Shown here in pieces: positions 28,421 through 36,787 of a DNA stretch of 64,000 nt. This DNA is from Candidatus Zixiibacteriota bacterium. GTDB lineage: Bacteria > Zixibacteria > MSB-5A5 > UBA10806. The first letter of the stretch is position 1, and each line of letters begins with the position of its first letter. The stretch covers positions 89,091 to 153,090 of the forward strand of contig CP070813.1 of assembly GCA_020344055.1 (NCBI GenBank), given 5' to 3'. A program made the position numbers and the translations under genes. The notes beneath the pieces were generated by a model that saw only the letters and a list, made by a program, of their open reading frames with translations, had not been told where the DNA came from and did no database searches.

Positions 28421-29415
28421 TTCGCCACCCCCTTCCCGGAAGTTTCTTCAAGGGGAAGTATCCTGAGGATGCCGCTTTCCTCGTCATCGACTATATATTT
28501 ACGTTCAACCCGGGGAAGCACTTTAGCCATGGTTTCCATATACAGGCGTCTGCGGGTTACGTCCTTCGCCTGGGAGTATTTCCGCCATATAGATAAAAAC
28601 CGGGCCGCGTCCCCTTCAGCGCGGTTTATGCGATCTATGGCGTAACCTTCTGCTTCCTTGACCGTTTTTTCAGCGTCGCCTCTGGCCTTGGGAATGACCG
28701 TGTTGTATTCCTTCCGAGCTTGATTTATAAGTGTCTCATATTCCTGTTTGGCCTCGTTAACCGCGTTGAATGCCGGTTTGACCTGGTCGGGAGGCGTAAC
28801 ATCCTGTAGTTTCACCGTGACTATCTGTATGCCGGCGCCGTAGTCATCGAGTATCTCCTGCATTTTTTTCTGCGCATCGTCACCGATCTCCATACGCTCG
28901 ATTGTAATGACTCCATCCACGCTTCTGTCGCCAACCACCTGTCTCATGGCCGATTCGGATACGTCCCTTATGGTCTCCTCGACCCGGTTGACGTTGAATA
29001 GATAATCTTTCGGATCTTTGATCTTGTACTGCACGATCCATTCGGCCACGACCACGTTCAGATCGCCGGTAAGCATCAATGATTCATTTAAAAGCGACTG
29101 TTTGCTGCGGACGGTTCTGACGCCCGGTTTTTCGGTCCTGAAACCGAACTCCTGGGTCAAGATCCTGGTGACCGGCACCTTGGTCACCTTTTCAATGCCG
29201 AACGGCAGTTTCAAGTGGAGTCCCGGGGTAGTGGTCCGGACATATTCGCCGAACCTCTGGATCACGCCCACCGATTCGGCGCCCACGGAATAGAATACGG
29301 TGTTTGCCAGCACGATGACAATTAGCGCAATTACGGCCGCGCTTATATATTTCCGCTTTTTCTTCAGGTTCATACCTCTTAAAAATTCTTCGATATTGTC
29401 TCGTTCTGGAGCCAT
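28417..29415 (-). CDS. hflK: FtsH protease modulator HflK
   Basis: PGLHLKLPFGIE, MLTGDLNVV, VTPPDQVKPAFNAV and TRRRLYMETM motifs; AGGAGG RBS. Confidence 0.93.
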   Translation of the reverse strand: MAPERDNIEEFLRGMNLKKKRKYISAAVIALIVIVLANTVFYSVGAESVGVIQRFGEYVRTTTPGLHLKLPFGIEKVTKVPVTRILTQEFGFRTEKPGVRTVRSKQSLLNESLMLTGDLNVVVAEWIVQYKIKDPKDYLFNVNRVEETIRDVSESAMRQVVGDRSVDGVITIERMEIGDDAQKKMQEILDDYGAGIQIVTVKLQDVTPPDQVKPAFNAVNEAKQEYETLINQARKEYNTVIPKARGDAEKTVKEAEGYAIDRINRAEGDAARFLSIWRKYSQAKDVTRRRLYMETMAKVLPRVERKYIVDDEESGILRILPLEETSGKGVAK

Positions 29416-29521
29416 TCAAACCTCCTTTATGACTGATTATTAAGTCGCATTATCCTATGATATTATGGAAATCAGAACGAATTAACAAGGGATATTTCAA
29501 TTATCATGATAATCGAATATA

Positions 29522-29555
29522 GTAGGTCGGGTTTGATCTCTCCCCAAACCCGACA
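29522..29555 (+). repeat. GTAG-tagged REP-like element
   Basis: GTAG-GTCGGGTTTG-ATCTCTCCC-CAAACCCGAC-A: GTAG tetranucleotide followed by a perfect 10-bp stem. Confidence 0.7.
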
Positions 29556-29811
29556 CTCCTCCAAAAACAAGTACATTCCGCATTTCTTTTCAAAACTCCC
29601 TATAAGTAGAAAGGCGATACTCCCGCCCCGGGGTACGTGGAAAGTCCAAATGGACATCGCCGAAAGCGAGTTGTGTAAATGTTGACAAAACCTCAAACAG
29701 ATTTCCTGAGCCGGACACAGTACGGCGCCGTAAAACTCGCTGAACTAAACCAGCAAAGGAGTCCCGCCATATGGCGCGACTCCCCTGGTAAGTCAAAATA
29801 TCATATAGGGA

Positions 29812-30939
29812 TTACTTTAAAAGCGTCAGGAACACTCCCGCCGCCACCGCCGAACCGATAACGCCCGCGACGTTCGGCCCCATGGCCGGCATCAGGGGAT
29901 TAACGCGGCCGTCGGTTTGTTCAGATACGAATTTCTGCACCACTCTGGCTGCCATCGGTACCGCGGAAACGCCCGCTGCCCCTATACAGGGGTTGATCTT
30001 TTTGGCCTGCGGAAGAAATATGTTTAGAATCTTGGCGAAAATGACGCCCCCGGCTGTACTGAATGCGAACGCCACGGCGCCCAAAATGAGGATCCCGAGG
30101 GTTTTGGGGGTAAGAAAATGACCGGCGTCCATGGTTGCGCCGACCGCCAATCCCAGGAATATGGTCACGATATCTATCAAAGCGCCGCCCGCCGTTTTTT
30201 TCAAACGTTCCGTCACGCCGCACTCGCGAATAAGGTTTCCGAACATCAGCATGCCCATCAAGGGGGCGCTGGAGGGCACCGCCAGGGAGGCCAAAGTGCC
30301 GGTGATTATCGGAAATAGTATTGCCGCGGTCTGGGAAACGGGCCGGGCCTGCGGCATATCGATGTTACGCTCTTTTTTTGATGTCAAAAGACGTATTATG
30401 GGAGGTTGTATTATGGGGACAAGCGACATATAGCTGTAGGCCGCTACGGCAATCGGTCCCAGCAGGTGAGGAGCCAGCTGACTCGCCAGAAATATCGACG
30501 TCGGCCCGTCGGCTCCCCCGATAATTCCTATGCTGGCAGCCTCCTTCATGTTGAAGTTTAAAAGGTAGAACGCCGTAAGCGCCGCCGCGAAAATCCCCAG
30601 CTGGGCCGCCGCCCCCAATAGAAAAGTAATCGGTCGGCCGAGCAATGGTCGGAAATCGGTCAGGACCCCCACTCCCATGAAAATAATCGGGGGAAGCAGT
30701 TCTGTTTTAATTCCGGAATTGTAGATTAAGGCTATTATGCCGTTATCGTAGGAACCCATCTCCCCCAGAGGCAGGTTGGCCAGAATGGCTCCGAATCCTA
30801 TGGGGATTAAAAGCAACGGCTCGTATTGCCTGGAGATGGCAAGATAGATCAAGACCCCCGCGATAATGAACATGATCCAGTTTCCCCAGCTCAGGTTGGC
30901 GAGACCGGATTGCTGCAAGAGATTTATTACCGTATCCAT
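29812..30939 (-). CDS. oadB: Na+-translocating decarboxylase beta subunit
   Basis: EPLLLIPIGFG, ASIGIIGGADGPTSIF, AVAAYSYMSLVPIIQPP and GPNVAGVIGSA signatures. Confidence 0.95.
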   Translation of the reverse strand: MDTVINLLQQSGLANLSWGNWIMFIIAGVLIYLAISRQYEPLLLIPIGFGAILANLPLGEMGSYDNGIIALIYNSGIKTELLPPIIFMGVGVLTDFRPLLGRPITFLLGAAAQLGIFAAALTAFYLLNFNMKEAASIGIIGGADGPTSIFLASQLAPHLLGPIAVAAYSYMSLVPIIQPPIIRLLTSKKERNIDMPQARPVSQTAAILFPIITGTLASLAVPSSAPLMGMLMFGNLIRECGVTERLKKTAGGALIDIVTIFLGLAVGATMDAGHFLTPKTLGILILGAVAFAFSTAGGVIFAKILNIFLPQAKKINPCIGAAGVSAVPMAARVVQKFVSEQTDGRVNPLMPAMGPNVAGVIGSAVAAGVFLTLLK

Positions 30940-30951
30940 TAAATCGGCCTA

Positions 30952-32814
30952 TCAGGATATGGTAAGTATCGATCTGGTATTATCGATCTCGTCGCCGATC
31001 TTGACATTTATCGAGGTTACCGTACCGTCGCAAGGGGCTTTGATATCGTGTTTGGCTTTCATGGCCTCTACGTTGGCGACAACCTGCCCCTTCGTGACTG
31101 TATCTCCCACCTTCACGAGGATGTCTACGACCTCCACCGAACCGGCGAAGGTCGAATAGACCTGCGTTCCACCCGCCGGAACCGCAGCCGGGGGAGCCGC
31201 CACAGCTGTCGCCTGCGTCGCGGGAGCGGTGTTTGATGAACCCGCCGGCTCTATAGTGATATTGAACAATCTGGTCGCTCCTCCCTCAACTACTGTACAC
31301 TTTGTGGAAACCGGTCCGTTGAATGGAGACGCTGCGGCCATAGCCGGCGCCGGCGGGGGCGCCGCGGCCGGCTTGGGCTCTTCTTTTTTCTTGAGAGGAA
31401 CATCTATCTTCGATTGACCCGTCAAAAGCCGTATCCCCTCGTTGAGCTCCATCTTCTTGCCGGGTACCATGGCCGCCAGAACCAGGAATATATTCTTCTC
31501 TGTAGCCGACAACCCTCTTTCCTCGAGCGCCTGTTTGGCGGGCTCGATATTTTTCGGAGCGGCTTCCAGAGGATCGCCATCGAATATCGGCAGGATCAGC
31601 TGTTCCGACGCTATCTTCACGACCTCCGGATCGGGCGGAAGCGGCGTCTTACCGAAATATCCCAATACCGCCTTGCCGAAACCGGCATCAATCTTTTTCC
31701 AGCGGCCGTATAGCACGTTATTAAACGCCTGCAGCCAGTATTGCTGACTGCCCGGGGTTACCGATGTCCACGCCCCGCCGGCCTCCACAACTACCGGGAA
31801 CTCCTGAAGAACATCGGTGTATTTATCGAGTATTCCTGCCTTAACCATCATATGAACGTTCGGTCCGATGGCGCCGCCCGGCATCGGGAAACCCAGCACC
31901 CGGGCATCGGCCGTAGTCGTCGTCGGATTGAAATCGTAATCCTTCATCAGATCGTTGAGCATATTTTCGATCTCGCCTATCTTGGAGGCGTCGATATCCA
32001 GTTCATAGCCGGTTCCCTTTAAGGCATGCGCCATGGAACGCACGTCGGGCTGCACCGTGCCGCTGGCCATGGGACGCACCGAAAGATCGATACCGTCAAC
32101 CCCGCCCTCGATACCGGCCATGTAGCAGGCCACCGCCGTGCTGGCGGTATCGTGAGTATGTTGCCAGAGGATCATCTCCGGCGGCATGATTTTTCTGAGG
32201 CCAACCGCGGTTTTATAAATGGTCATGGGATCAGTGGTACCGCTGGCATCTTTAAGGCAGATGCTGTCTATTTTCATTCCGCTGTCGAGAAGACGTTTAC
32301 CGATATTTATGTAGAATTCGGGCGTATGGACTTTGTCGGATTTAAAGGGCAGACCCATAAGGGCAATGCAGACCTGGTGATGCATCCCGGAATCGATGAT
32401 AGGCTTACCGGTTTTTACCAGGTTTTCAACGTCGTTCATATAGTCGAAATTTCTGTCCCAGGTAGTGCCGAATTCTTTCATCAGTTTCGCCTGCAGGGTT
32501 AACCCCTCCATAGATTGCGTGGTTAGAGTGACGCCGGATACCGACCTTGTTAAAATCTGCAGATCGACGTCGGGCCCCACGGCCTTACGGATTTCCATCA
32601 TGTCGTCGAATGGATCTTCACCCAGGTAAAAATATGGAGCCTGGTATCGGGCGCCCCCGCCAAATTCGAAATGACGGATTCCAAGTTCTGCGGAACGTTT
32701 CACAGCCGGTAGAAAATCATTCAACCTAACCTTTCCACCGAACGAGCTCTGCAGACCATCGCGGAAAGGCATGAACATAACCCTGATCTTTTTTGGTTTT
32801 TCAGTAAAAATCAT
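30952..32814 (-). CDS. oadA: Oxaloacetate decarboxylase alpha subunit (carboxyltransferase plus biotinyl domain), PycB-like type
   Basis: FRDGLQS, CLKDASG, HTHDT, MPGG and VTPGSQ motifs; Ala/Pro linker; biotin attachment EAMK. Confidence 0.88.
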   Translation of the reverse strand: MIFTEKPKKIRVMFMPFRDGLQSSFGGKVRLNDFLPAVKRSAELGIRHFEFGGGARYQAPYFYLGEDPFDDMMEIRKAVGPDVDLQILTRSVSGVTLTTQSMEGLTLQAKLMKEFGTTWDRNFDYMNDVENLVKTGKPIIDSGMHHQVCIALMGLPFKSDKVHTPEFYINIGKRLLDSGMKIDSICLKDASGTTDPMTIYKTAVGLRKIMPPEMILWQHTHDTASTAVACYMAGIEGGVDGIDLSVRPMASGTVQPDVRSMAHALKGTGYELDIDASKIGEIENMLNDLMKDYDFNPTTTTADARVLGFPMPGGAIGPNVHMMVKAGILDKYTDVLQEFPVVVEAGGAWTSVTPGSQQYWLQAFNNVLYGRWKKIDAGFGKAVLGYFGKTPLPPDPEVVKIASEQLILPIFDGDPLEAAPKNIEPAKQALEERGLSATEKNIFLVLAAMVPGKKMELNEGIRLLTGQSKIDVPLKKKEEPKPAAAPPPAPAMAAASPFNGPVSTKCTVVEGGATRLFNITIEPAGSSNTAPATQATAVAAPPAAVPAGGTQVYSTFAGSVEVVDILVKVGDTVTKGQVVANVEAMKAKHDIKAPCDGTVTSINVKIGDEIDNTRSILTIS

Positions 32815-33023
32815 TTTATCTCCTCAAACCTTGTAATTTTTGTTCCGGGATAAACGGTGCTCACGGTTGTTGCCACGGCCGCGAAAACCGCGGCGTCATC
32901 TTTCGATAATTGCTTTGGGAAAACAGTGATTATTATTCTCATCACCAGTGAAAGGAAAGCCAGCAATAAAAAAACCGCGGCAAACGCCGAGGTACAGATT
33001 ACAAGCAGATTCTGTGGACCCAT
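32811..33023 (-). CDS. oadG: Decarboxylase gamma subunit (OadG family)
   Basis: 70 aa, single N-terminal TM (AFAAVFLLLAFL) and AAVFAAV motif; its stop overlaps the oadA start (ATGA). Confidence 0.8.
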   Translation of the reverse strand: MGPQNLLVICTSAFAAVFLLLAFLSLVMRIIITVFPKQLSKDDAAVFAAVATTVSTVYPGTKITRFEEIK

Positions 33024-33149
33024 TAAATTCTCTCCTGCACAAGGCCGCCGTGTTCACCGGCCGCCATCACTTAGAAAACCGGCGTCAAAAACGCCTTAAA
33101 CAACCAATCAGTATAATAACCCGACTTTTGATTATCAAGGCTAAATTGA

Positions 33150-34082
33150 CTATTTAAACGCCAATCTTCCCCTTTTTACAGGTTTCTCCAGCCCTTCAAT
33201 AAAAAGCTCCAGATTTTCTCCAATGGAAATTACCCGTCCCTCGCCGGTCTTCGCAGGGATATCGTTTTCCGTATCATCGTAAATGATTACGTCGCGCCCG
33301 ATAATATTCGAACGACGGCAGTAGCGATCCAGAAGATTACGGAAACCGCCATTAATCAGAGTCTGATAATTTTGATGGATTGTTTTTTTCAGCAGACTAA
33401 AAAGCAAGCGGCGAGTATAGAAATCCTGTCCGGAGACGAATTCCGCCAACGATGCCGCCCGGGGCACGAATACGGTCGGTTCCGTCCGGGGCCTGGTTTC
33501 GACGTTTAACCCTATGCCAATTATGGCGTTAGTGACTACGTGGTTCTCGGCGATGGTGTGGGCCAGGACTCCGCATACTTTGGCATCGTCGATAAGTATG
33601 TCGTTAACCCATTTTACCCCCGCTCTACCGGACAATCCCGGAACCTCGTCGATGGCATCCACTACCGATACCGCCGCCAGAATCATGAAACCGGCGCCGT
33701 AGTTTCGAATCGGAAGGTTCGGGGCGAAATGAGCCGAAAGATAGATATTGCCCTCCGGCGAATCCCAGTATCTGCCCCTGAAACCATGAAATTTACGTCC
33801 CTCGCCCGCAAGGCAAATAATACCGGAGGGGAGAGGGATATTCTTACGTGCCATGTCGACGAGAATATCGTACTGCGATTCCGGGGCCGATTTCGCTATC
33901 AGCAGGTGACTCCAGGTCTGGTCCTGTGCTTCGGAAAAAGTATATAGATTTCCGGTTTTAAAGATTCTTTTGATAAGAGGGGAAACGGGACTATCTTCGT
34001 TTACTGAGCTTTTTTCCCGGGGGATATCCTTATCAACCAGAAACCGTTCGGCGCAGTCAGTATCGTCGGTATAAATTATCAT
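33150..34082 (-). CDS. birA: Biotin--protein ligase
   Basis: GRYWDSPEGNIYLS, VKWVNDILIDDAKVCGVL and IGIGLNV motifs; adjacent to a biotin-dependent operon. Confidence 0.88.
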   Translation of the reverse strand: MIIYTDDTDCAERFLVDKDIPREKSSVNEDSPVSPLIKRIFKTGNLYTFSEAQDQTWSHLLIAKSAPESQYDILVDMARKNIPLPSGIICLAGEGRKFHGFRGRYWDSPEGNIYLSAHFAPNLPIRNYGAGFMILAAVSVVDAIDEVPGLSGRAGVKWVNDILIDDAKVCGVLAHTIAENHVVTNAIIGIGLNVETRPRTEPTVFVPRAASLAEFVSGQDFYTRRLLFSLLKKTIHQNYQTLINGGFRNLLDRYCRRSNIIGRDVIIYDDTENDIPAKTGEGRVISIGENLELFIEGLEKPVKRGRLAFK

Positions 34083-34233
34083 CGTTCCGCCAAATCTATA
34101 AATAAAAAACCGGTATGTCTAATCTAAATTGAAGTAAAGAAATTGCATAAAGGCTCCGTGGTTTGAAGATATAAATTGCGCTAATAAATGAAACATCCTT
34201 TTTTACGTCGAATATGCCAAGCGGTTCTGAAAG

Positions 34234-35811
34234 ATGAATTCGGATTTTCCTTACACTTTACGGCGTGAACCAGCTACGGCCAAAAACATGGTCGCCACCT
34301 CCCAGCCCCTGGCGGTGCAGGCCGGCCTGGATATGCTGAAGACGGGCGGCAATGCCGTTGATGCCGCCCTGGCGACAGCCATTACGCTCACAGTGGTTGA
34401 GCCGACGGGATGTGGGCTGGGCAGCGACGCTTTCGCCATTATCTGGGATGGTTCGAAGCATTATGGCATCAACGGTTCCGGCAGATCGCCCGCCGCCTGG
34501 AACTATGAGAAATTCGCCCATTTGAAAGAGATGCCCCGAACCGGCTGGGATACGGTTACAGTCCCGGGCGCCGTTTCGGTCTGGGTGGCGCTCTCGGAAC
34601 GATTCGGTAAGTTGCCTTTTGAGACGCTCTTCAAAAGCGCTATAGATTACGCCGAGAGCGGATTCCCGGTATCGCCGATAATCGCGGCCCAATGGAAAAT
34701 CGCGGTCGAGAATTACCGGGGATTCCCGGAGTTCATCAAAACCTTCACGATTGGCGGCCGCGCCCCCGAAGCGGGGGAGACGTTCAAATGCCCCCGACAG
34801 GCCGAATCACTTATAGAGATCGCCCAAACTAAAGGCGAATCATTTTACAGGGGTGAATTAGCGAAAAAAATAGCTGCATGCTCAGCCGACGAGGGCGGCC
34901 TGATGTCCCTGGAGGATCTCGCCAATCACAAACCGCTTTGGGTCGATCCGATTTCGGTTCGTTACCGGGGGTACGATATGTATGAGCTACCCCCCAATGG
35001 CCAGGGCCTGGCGGCGCTGATAGCGTTGGGGGTACTGGATAATTTTGATCTGAAAATCTATCCCGTCGATTCCGCAGATTCGATTCACCTTCAGATCGAG
35101 GCTATGAAGATAGGGTTTGAAATCGTCAAAAAACATCTCGCCGACCCGGACTTTATGAGAGTCGATTATAGCCAGTTCTTAAAGCCCGATTTTTTAAAAA
35201 AACTGTATGAGAGAATAAATCTGGATCGCGTTTTAATTACGGATGGGAATATTCCTGATGATAAAGACACGGTATATCTCGCCGCCGCCGACGGGAAAGG
35301 CATGATGGTATCGTTTATCCAATCGAACTACATGGGATTCGGATCGGGCGTCGTTATCCCTGAAACCGGCATAACCATGCAGAATCGAGGCCTCGGGTTT
35401 TCTCTCGAAAAAGGACATCCCAACCAGGTGGACGGCGGAAAACGTCCTTATCACACCATCATACCGGCGTTCGTGATGAAGGGGAAGGAGCCGGTTTTGA
35501 GTTTCGGGGTGATGGGGGGTCATATGCAGCCTCAGGGCCACGTGCAGATGATGACCAGAATATTTGATCATGGCATGAATCCCCAGGCGGCATCCGACGC
35601 TCCCCGCTGGTACTGGCAGAAAGACGATATTGTCGCGGTTGAGAACGGTTTTTCGGAAGATGTTCTTGTGGAATTAGGCCGGCGCGGCCATAAAATTATC
35701 ACCAATATTCCCCGAAGCGAATTCGGCGGGGCGCAATTGATTTTGCGCCGGGAGAATGATTATATTGCGGGATCGGATCACAGAAAAGACGGAATGGCGG
35801 CGGGATTTTAA
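34234..35811 (+). CDS. ggt: Gamma-glutamyltransferase family protein (YwrD-like)
   Basis: GGNAVDAALATA, EPTGCGLGSD, autocleavage nucleophile DT(VYL), KRPYHTIIP and GVMGGHMQPQGH. Confidence 0.92.
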   Translation: MNSDFPYTLRREPATAKNMVATSQPLAVQAGLDMLKTGGNAVDAALATAITLTVVEPTGCGLGSDAFAIIWDGSKHYGINGSGRSPAAWNYEKFAHLKEMPRTGWDTVTVPGAVSVWVALSERFGKLPFETLFKSAIDYAESGFPVSPIIAAQWKIAVENYRGFPEFIKTFTIGGRAPEAGETFKCPRQAESLIEIAQTKGESFYRGELAKKIAACSADEGGLMSLEDLANHKPLWVDPISVRYRGYDMYELPPNGQGLAALIALGVLDNFDLKIYPVDSADSIHLQIEAMKIGFEIVKKHLADPDFMRVDYSQFLKPDFLKKLYERINLDRVLITDGNIPDDKDTVYLAAADGKGMMVSFIQSNYMGFGSGVVIPETGITMQNRGLGFSLEKGHPNQVDGGKRPYHTIIPAFVMKGKEPVLSFGVMGGHMQPQGHVQMMTRIFDHGMNPQAASDAPRWYWQKDDIVAVENGFSEDVLVELGRRGHKIITNIPRSEFGGAQLILRRENDYIAGSDHRKDGMAAGF

Positions 35812-35834
35812 ATTCAATCGGAAGCGAGCAAGTT

Positions 35835-36638
35835 ATGGATGATATGAAAAAGTATATCGAAACCAACCGTTCCCTCTGGGACGGCTGGACCGAAATCAAC
35901 AAGAATTCCGATCTTTACGATCTTGAAAGTTTTAAAGCGGGCAAGAACCGGCTCAAGTCAATCGAGCTTGAGGAATTGACCGGTGTATCCGGCAAAACCA
36001 TGCTTCATCTGATGTGTCATTTCGGGATGGATACCATGTCGTGGGCCAGAATGGGGGCGAAGGTAACCGGGATAGATTTCTCCCCCGAAGCGATATCCCT
36101 GGCCAGATCGCTGAGCGAGGAACTGAATATTCCGGCCCGCTTTATAGAAACCGAGCTTTACAACCTGCCGAAGGTTTTAGACGAGAAGTTCGATATCGTG
36201 TTCACCTCTTACGGGGTGAAGGCATGGGTTCGGGATACGGGAAAATGGGCGGAATTGATAGCCCGATATCTAAAACCGGGAGGAATTTTTTACATGGTGG
36301 AATTTCATCCTATTCTGGGGATGTTTGACGATGACGGAGAAAAGCTCGAATATCCCTATTTCTATTCACCGGAACCTATAAAATATGTCGCTGAAGGCAA
36401 CTATGCCGATCCGGACCATGATTTCAAACATGATGCCTACGAATGGTTTCACAGCCTGGGCGAAATTGTAACTGCCCTGATAAGTTCAGGTCTTGGGATC
36501 GATTACCTGCATGAGTTTCCCTACAGCCCCACCAACTGCTGCAGTTTTTTCACCGAGCATTCGCCCGGGAAATATGTCATAAAGAATTATCCCAATCTGG
36601 TTCCCCTGGTTTTTTCAATTCGCGCGACACGTAAATAA
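35835..36638 (+). CDS. Class I SAM-dependent methyltransferase
   Basis: LHLMCHFGMDT motif I variant, VTGIDFS, FDIVFTSYG and LKPGGIFY. Confidence 0.88.
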   Translation: MDDMKKYIETNRSLWDGWTEINKNSDLYDLESFKAGKNRLKSIELEELTGVSGKTMLHLMCHFGMDTMSWARMGAKVTGIDFSPEAISLARSLSEELNIPARFIETELYNLPKVLDEKFDIVFTSYGVKAWVRDTGKWAELIARYLKPGGIFYMVEFHPILGMFDDDGEKLEYPYFYSPEPIKYVAEGNYADPDHDFKHDAYEWFHSLGEIVTALISSGLGIDYLHEFPYSPTNCCSFFTEHSPGKYVIKNYPNLVPLVFSIRATRK

Positions 36639-36787
36639 GCGGTGGCAAGCGCGGAAATCGGGTATTGACATAATTGGATAATCCATTATTTTTCAGCAGG
36701 ATACAAAATAATACCGGGAGCGTCGCCAGTAGAATTCGAAACTGTATCAGGACCTGATTTGTTAGAAAGATAGATGCTTTTTTCAGG

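Noticed and set aside
29472-29861. Short ORFs (60-74 aa) in the oadB-hflK intergenic region
   Set aside because: No RBS or motif support, and the translations derive from repeat-like sequence.
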